Shown here piece by piece: positions 58,533-64,000 of a stretch of 64,000 nt of DNA (position 1 is the first letter of the stretch; each line of letters starts with the position of its first letter). A program made the position numbers and the translations under genes. The DNA lies in NCBI GenBank assembly GCA_018825365.1, contig JAHJEV010000003.1:174619-238618 (forward strand). Reading direction: 5' to 3'. Under the pieces are notes generated by a model, which was not told where the DNA came from, did no database searches, and worked only from the letters and a program-made list of their open reading frames with translations. This stretch comes from Patescibacteria group bacterium. Lineage in GTDB: Bacteria; Patescibacteriota; WWE3; UBA101185; UBA10185.

Positions 58533-60806
58533 TCATTTTTTATCTTTTTTAGATAAAACCTTCTTTTCTGCTTCGTAAACTATTTCCCTTGTTTTTTCGA
58601 TAACATCAGGACTTACAGAAACAGATGTAATTCCCCATTCAACAAGCATCTCAACTAAATCAGGATAAACAGAGGGGGCTTGCCCACACATCGAACAGGT
58701 AATCTTCCTTTTTTTACATGTTGTAACAATTTTTTCAAACGATTTCAAAACCGCCGGATCCATTTCACTGTAAACATTTGCAACTCTTTCGTTGTCCCTA
58801 TCAACTCCGAGTGTCAACATCGTTAAGTCATTCGATCCGACCGAAACCCCGTCTATACCTTCATCAATAAACTCATCAAGCAAAATAACATTTGAAGGAA
58901 TTTCAACCATCATCCAAAATTTAAACATCCCGCTTCTTCTTAAACCTGCAGCAGAAACCAGTTTCTTAACTTCTCTCATCTCTCCCAAAGTTCGAACAAA
59001 CGGCATCATTATCCAAAGATTTTTGTATCCCTTTTTGTTTCGAACTATTTTTATAGCTTCAAGCTCCATCTCAAACACATCGTAATCTTTGATATACCTT
59101 GAAACTCCTCTATAACCTATCAAAGGATTTGGTTCTTCCTGCTCAAATTCTTTGCCACCTTTAAGATTTGCGTATTCGTTTGATTTGAAGTCGTTAAATC
59201 TATAGACAACCGGTCTTGGGTTAAATGCCTCAGCAAACTTCTCTATTCCTTCGGAAAGCTTTTCTATAAATTCTCTTCTTTTTCCATCCTTAATAAACTT
59301 CTTTGGGTGAGTTCCAATATTTGCCATTATAAATTCAGCTCTCAAAAGTCCAATACCGTCGGTATTTCTTTTTGCCATATCAATAGCCAGTTCCGGCTCG
59401 GCCAAATTCACATAAATTTTAGTAGCAGTTTTTATTTTTGCTAAATCTACTTTTGATCTTTTCGATTGCTGAACAACTTTTGTCAGATCCCCCTCATAAA
59501 TTCTTCCTGCCTCCCCGTCAACCGTAATAACCTCGCCTGAGGAAAGCATTTTAGTGGCCTGCTCAGTACCAACTATGCATGGAACTCCAAGCTCGCGACT
59601 GACAATGGCAGCATGGCTTGTTCTGCCGCCCAAATCTGTAACTATACCCGCTGCTCTTTTCATAGCGGGTACATAATCAGGGTTTGTCATCTCAGCAACT
59701 AAAATATCACCTTGCTTAACTTTCCCGATTTCCTTAATTCCCTTAACAATTCTTACTTTCCCAGACGCAATCCCGGGAGAAGCGGCTAAACCTTCAAGAA
59801 TCGGCTTTTTCATCTTATCCTCATCAATAATTACGTCTTCGGAGACTCTTTCCTTCATGGTGGTCACAGGTCTTGTCTGAACAATCCTTATCTTCCCGTC
59901 TTCAATTCCATACTCAATGTCCTGAGGATGGCCGTAATGTTCTTCAAGTTTTATCCCGATTTTGGCAAGTTCAACAATCTGCCTATTTGTAAGTTTTTGC
60001 TTCTTTTGATATTTTTTCGAAACTGGAACTTTCTTTCCGTCTATTGTTGTCTGCCACTCCTGAGGAGCTATAAATCTTGACTTAATCTTCATGGTCTTTT
60101 TATCAACAATATATTGATCGGGGGTAATTTCCCCAAGAACAATAGGCTCCCCAAGCCCCCATCCGGACTCAATTGAAAGCTCCTCTCTGTTATTTGTTAC
60201 GGGGTTTATTGAAAACACTATTCCTGACACCTCTGACTGAACCATAAGCTGAACGGGAACCGCGATTCCTACTTTTAAGTGAGAAAACTTATTTGTAACT
60301 CTGTAAAAAATAGCTCTGGCTTCAAATAAAGATGCCCAGCACTTCTGTACATGTTTAACAACGTTTGAAGCGCCTTTGATTTCCAAAAAAGATGATTGCT
60401 GACCGGCAAAAGAGGCCTCCGGTAAATCTTCCGCTGTTGCTGATGATCTTACTGCGACCAATTTATTGCTCTCCCCGCAAAGCTCCAGGTAGTATTTTTT
60501 AATCTCATCGGCTAAATCCTCAGACATATCGGCTTCTAATATCGCCGTTTTGATATGTTCAGAGGCACGAACAAGCTTTTCGGAATCATCAACATCAAGA
60601 TCTGAAAGCTCGGTAAGTATTTTCTTTTTTATGGAAGTGGTATCTATAAAATCAAAGTAAGCCTTCGCGGTAACCACAAAACCTTCAGGTACAGGTATCC
60701 CTGCGTTGGTCATCTCTCCAAGGTTTGCACCTTTCCCCCCGACCAGAGGGATATCCGTCTTTCTAATTTGTTTGAACCAAAGCACATGGGCAGTTTCTTT
60801 ATTCAT
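58533..60806 (-). CDS. ppsA: Phosphoenolpyruvate synthase
   Basis: VGGKGANLGE, VRSSATAED, GGRTSHAAIVSRE phospho-His motif, GSNDLT, CGQAPS. Confidence 0.95.
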   Translation of the reverse strand: MNKETAHVLWFKQIRKTDIPLVGGKGANLGEMTNAGIPVPEGFVVTAKAYFDFIDTTSIKKKILTELSDLDVDDSEKLVRASEHIKTAILEADMSEDLADEIKKYYLELCGESNKLVAVRSSATAEDLPEASFAGQQSSFLEIKGASNVVKHVQKCWASLFEARAIFYRVTNKFSHLKVGIAVPVQLMVQSEVSGIVFSINPVTNNREELSIESGWGLGEPIVLGEITPDQYIVDKKTMKIKSRFIAPQEWQTTIDGKKVPVSKKYQKKQKLTNRQIVELAKIGIKLEEHYGHPQDIEYGIEDGKIRIVQTRPVTTMKERVSEDVIIDEDKMKKPILEGLAASPGIASGKVRIVKGIKEIGKVKQGDILVAEMTNPDYVPAMKRAAGIVTDLGGRTSHAAIVSRELGVPCIVGTEQATKMLSSGEVITVDGEAGRIYEGDLTKVVQQSKRSKVDLAKIKTATKIYVNLAEPELAIDMAKRNTDGIGLLRAEFIMANIGTHPKKFIKDGKRREFIEKLSEGIEKFAEAFNPRPVVYRFNDFKSNEYANLKGGKEFEQEEPNPLIGYRGVSRYIKDYDVFEMELEAIKIVRNKKGYKNLWIMMPFVRTLGEMREVKKLVSAAGLRRSGMFKFWMMVEIPSNVILLDEFIDEGIDGVSVGSNDLTMLTLGVDRDNERVANVYSEMDPAVLKSFEKIVTTCKKRKITCSMCGQAPSVYPDLVEMLVEWGITSVSVSPDVIEKTREIVYEAEKKVLSKKDKK

Positions 60807-60863
60807 ATATAAAATAGTAGCATTGATGTTTTGGAGTAACAACAGAAATTTATAACACGAGGG

Positions 60864-61694
60864 TTATTTTATTGGCAGAGAGAAGATAAATTTAACTCCG
60901 CTGGGCTTGTTATCTTCCATCCAAATCTTTCCCCCGTGTGCTTCGATTATCCCCTTGCAAATCGCAAGTCCCAAACCGGTCCCTTTCTCCCCCACTCCTG
61001 CCTGATTTGAAGCTTGGAAAAACTTGTGAAATATCATGGGCTTGTCCTTATCAGGAATCCCTACCCCGTCATCCGCCACCTCTACAATCACAGACCGAGC
61101 GTCTTTCCTTGCGTTGACTACAACCTTACCCTTTTCAGGACAAAACTTTATAGAGTTTGCTATAAGATTATTTAAAACCTGCTTTACCCTATCCGAATCA
61201 AAGCTAAAACTTGGAATTTTCCCTGAAACCGGGCAGGAGAGTGCAACATTTTTTACTTTTGCTAAAGGTTCAAAATACCCACACTCCTCCCTTAATACAT
61301 CTCTTATATCGCCGTAGGTTTCGCTGATCTGGAACTTCCCACCCTCCATTTTTGAAATATCCAGTATGTCACCAACAACTTTTAAAAGACCGGAAGAAGA
61401 AGATTTTATTTGATGTAAAAGGGTATGTATTTGTTCAGCACTCAGCTCATCTGTAGTTTTAATAAGCAAGTCCGCGGCTCCACTTATCACTGAAAGTGGG
61501 GATCTTAACTCATGTATCACCATTGGGAAAAATTCGTTTTGTTCTGAGTGTTTCTTTGCTTGTTCTTCAATAAATGCTTCCTCATATTTTTTAAGCTTCG
61601 TAAGGTCTCTTGTTTTTGAGAAAAGTATCAAGGAGATAACTAGCAAAAGGATTGACTCGAATATAACTAAAATATTTAAGATATAATCTTGCAT
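60864..61694 (-). CDS. Sensor histidine kinase (single TM, no obvious sensor domain)
   Basis: HELRSP H box, NLIANSIK N box, DDGVG, GTGLGL. Confidence 0.92.
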   Translation of the reverse strand: MQDYILNILVIFESILLLVISLILFSKTRDLTKLKKYEEAFIEEQAKKHSEQNEFFPMVIHELRSPLSVISGAADLLIKTTDELSAEQIHTLLHQIKSSSSGLLKVVGDILDISKMEGGKFQISETYGDIRDVLREECGYFEPLAKVKNVALSCPVSGKIPSFSFDSDRVKQVLNNLIANSIKFCPEKGKVVVNARKDARSVIVEVADDGVGIPDKDKPMIFHKFFQASNQAGVGEKGTGLGLAICKGIIEAHGGKIWMEDNKPSGVKFIFSLPIK

Positions 61695-61703
61695 ATAGGC
61701 AGT

Positions 61704-62108
61704 TTAAGATTCTGTTACTCTTACGACCGATTCTTGAGCCTCGCCCAAAAGTCCAGCTATCTTTGCGGGGAGTTCGGAAGGAACTATGTTGTATTTCATA
61801 AGATAATCGTTGGAGCCATATTCCATAGCTTTGCTTATGTTATCATCGCTTCCAAAGTTTGTAAGCATCACTACCTTTACCTCTTTAGTCTCTTCTCTTT
61901 CTCTAAGCTCCTTCAAAATATCAAGCCCGCTCGTTCCCGGAAGAACAATATCAAGCAAAATTAAGTCGGGTTTTTCAGTAATTACTTTCTCAACTGCGAG
62001 CGATCCGTCGGAAACATGAATAACATCGTATCCCTTCATTTTTAAAGGAACCGAAAAAATATTATAAAATCCCTCATCATCCTCGACAAATAATATTTTC
62101 TTGGGCAT
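61704..62108 (-). CDS. Single-domain response regulator
   Basis: VEDD, LLDIVLP, MLTN, YLMK. Confidence 0.9.
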   Translation of the reverse strand: MPKKILFVEDDEGFYNIFSVPLKMKGYDVIHVSDGSLAVEKVITEKPDLILLDIVLPGTSGLDILKELREREETKEVKVVMLTNFGSDDNISKAMEYGSNDYLMKYNIVPSELPAKIAGLLGEAQESVVRVTES

Positions 62109-62320
62109 ATACAAATAGTACAGAATAGTAAAATGGAAGTAAATAACAAGCAAAGGTCATGCGCGGGGCCGTAGTTTGCCACCACAGCCCCCGCTTTTTG
62201 ATTTATGTCCCAAATATTTTGAGTCTTTCTCATTTTCTTTCCTGCCTCTTTTCTCAATATCATTTATAGATCAGAAATTGAAATTTTAAAGAGTATGAAA
62301 TCTATTAAAAATAGAATGTA

Positions 62321-64000
62321 TCACTCTGTTGCTACAGAGACTTTGTCCGGGGGCAGTCCAAAAAACTTAGTTAGCTCTTTGGCAGTTTCCATCCACAAAG
62401 GAACAGCTGTTTCCGCAGCATATACGGATCTTCTTGGTTCTTCTAATTTTATAATCATTGAAAAAGCTTTTGATGCAGACATAAAACCGATGAATGTGGC
62501 ATTTGTTCTGTCCGGAGAGTATGACCCACCTTCCGGTATCTGGGCAGTACCGGTTTTACCTGCAATTTTGTAGTCTTTGAGGTTAAAATATCTAGACTCT
62601 CCTCCCTCAACTGCTTTTTCCAGCATTGAAATCATGGTTTCTGATGTTCCTTTTGATATAACCCTGCGGACATTCTTTACTGGAATATGTGTTTCCCCTT
62701 TATCGTCCACCATTTTGAGAATAATTCTTGGCTGAAGAAGATAACCGCCATTAATAACGGCATTAAACCCGTTTAAAACCTGAAGGGGGGTTGCAGACAC
62801 ACCTTGTCCGAAAGAAATGTTAGCCGTGTCGATATCCGTCCAATCTTTTCCATCCCTCAAAAGTCCGGCCTCCTCTCCTTCAAGATCAATATTCGTTTTA
62901 GAACCCATACCGTAACTAGTCAGATACTTATACAAACCATCCTTTCCTATCTGATGACCTACCCAAGACGCTCCAATATTGTTTGATTTTTGCAGTAATT
63001 GAATAATCGTCTGGACTCCGTAATGTTTGCCATCCCAATTGTCTATTTTATGGCCCGAATACCAAACCGGCCCACCATCATTAAATGTAGAATCTGGAGT
63101 AATCAATTTCAAATCAATAGCCGTAGAGATAGTAAAGGGTTTCATAACTGATCCCGGTTCATATATTCCGGAAATGGCCAGATTTTTTCTTTCAACAGAT
63201 TTTCTTCTTACATCAGTATCTTGCTCATCACCCGCGGAAAAATCAAAAGGAGAGTAAGCGGGATAGTTTACCATTGCTAAAATATCCCCTGTGAATGGAT
63301 CCATTATAATAATGCTTCCCGAAATCGCATCATATCTTTCAACACCTTCTTTTATCTTTTTCTCTGCGATATATTGAATGGCTCTATTTATTGTCAGGAC
63401 AACATTTCTTCCTTGAGACGGATCAATTTTCTTATAACTTCCCATTAAAATAGGAATTCCGAGAGCGTCCGTTTCTTCCATTAATTTACCGGGCTTGCCT
63501 TTCAAATCATCATTTAAACTTCCCTCTATGCCGTAGTAACCGGTTTTTTCTCCCTTTTCGTCGCTAGCTACAAACCCAAGAACATGACTTGCCAAGTTTC
63601 CTTCCGGATAATACCTCACTGGAAATTCTTCAAAACCAATACCTTGTATTTCTTTTGCCAGTATTTTTTCCCGTTCAACAGGAGTTACATCCTTCTTAAG
63701 AGAGACCCAAATCAAATCCATAACTAAGGCGTTATAAATCTCCTCAAAATATTTCTCTTTCAAACTATTTTTTTCTTCCCCGCTGCCATCAGAGAGAAAT
63801 CTCGACTCAACAAAGATATCAGCCAGATCACTTGCCACTTGGTACGGGTCTTTAACCCTTTTAGGTTCACCAAACATTAAATAGTGGTTTCTTGTCCCTG
63901 CCAAAACGTATCCGTCAGAAGTCAGAATCTCCCCTCTTTTGGCCGGAACCTCCTTAGATGTCTGATACTGTTCTTGAGCAAGTGCTAAATATTTGTTGTG
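62321..64000 (-). CDS. Class B penicillin-binding protein (FtsI/PBP2-like), 5' end outside window
   Basis: Frame stays open to 64000 (...PAKRGEILTSDG); RYYPEG, GSVMK (SxxK), SNN, KTGT. Confidence 0.92.
   Translation of the reverse strand, partial: HNKYLALAQEQYQTSKEVPAKRGEILTSDGYVLAGTRNHYLMFGEPKRVKDPYQVASDLADIFVESRFLSDGSGEEKNSLKEKYFEEIYNALVMDLIWVSLKKDVTPVEREKILAKEIQGIGFEEFPVRYYPEGNLASHVLGFVASDEKGEKTGYYGIEGSLNDDLKGKPGKLMEETDALGIPILMGSYKKIDPSQGRNVVLTINRAIQYIAEKKIKEGVERYDAISGSIIIMDPFTGDILAMVNYPAYSPFDFSAGDEQDTDVRRKSVERKNLAISGIYEPGSVMKPFTISTAIDLKLITPDSTFNDGGPVWYSGHKIDNWDGKHYGVQTIIQLLQKSNNIGASWVGHQIGKDGLYKYLTSYGMGSKTNIDLEGEEAGLLRDGKDWTDIDTANISFGQGVSATPLQVLNGFNAVINGGYLLQPRIILKMVDDKGETHIPVKNVRRVISKGTSETMISMLEKAVEGGESRYFNLKDYKIAGKTGTAQIPEGGSYSPDRTNATFIGFMSASKAFSMIIKLEEPRRSVYAAETAVPLWMETAKELTKFFGLPPDKVSVATE

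Noticed and set aside
62161-62200. GC-rich hairpin upstream of the response regulator as a riboswitch
   Set aside because: Single stem only; more simply explained as a terminator after the PBP gene.
145-63257. Numerous short antisense or out-of-frame ORFs inside well-supported genes
   Set aside because: They overlap confidently identified CDSs and lack motifs or expression signals.
1-64000. Integrase, transposase, reverse transcriptase or prophage genes
   Set aside because: No ORF shows recognisable tyrosine/serine recombinase, DDE, RT or phage structural motifs. PolX lies next to the Asp array but nothing in the sequence links it to the repeats.

Overview
AT-rich, densely packed bacterial chromosome segment. 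Its gene content and style (compact genes, B12-dependent nrdJ plus pduO, type-2 ileS, reduced dcw cluster, lower-glycolysis genes, few Shine-Dalgarno sites) suggest a Patescibacteria/CPR genome, possibly WWE3/Microgenomates-like (inference). Core content: gatCAB, lemA-htpX, polX, a surface-glycan cluster, lepB, rplU-rpmA, ileS, nrdJ, murA-like/mraY/ftsW/murG/ftsQ/ftsA/ftsZ, secG, uvrABC, dedA, lexA, gpm, eno, ppsA, a two-component pair, a class B PBP, and four tRNAs (Asp, Gly, Thr, Val). The most notable signal is two tRNA-anchored single-gene cassette arrays. Downstream of tRNA-Asp, three near-identical 33-bp direct repeats end in the tRNA's own 3' octamer CCCCGCCA and separate unrelated genes (units of 685, 622 and 622 bp). 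Downstream of tRNA-Gly, four copies of a second repeat built on the tRNA-Gly 3' end delimit an empty unit, a P-type ATPase and a papain-fold-like protein. Both arrays share the 11-mer AAGTTC(C/A)AAGT, I recognised no integrase in the window, and each cassette gene carries its own promoter element. This looks like an integron-like, tRNA-targeted gene-capture system (hypothesis). All calls are from reading the sequence by eye; no database searches were run.
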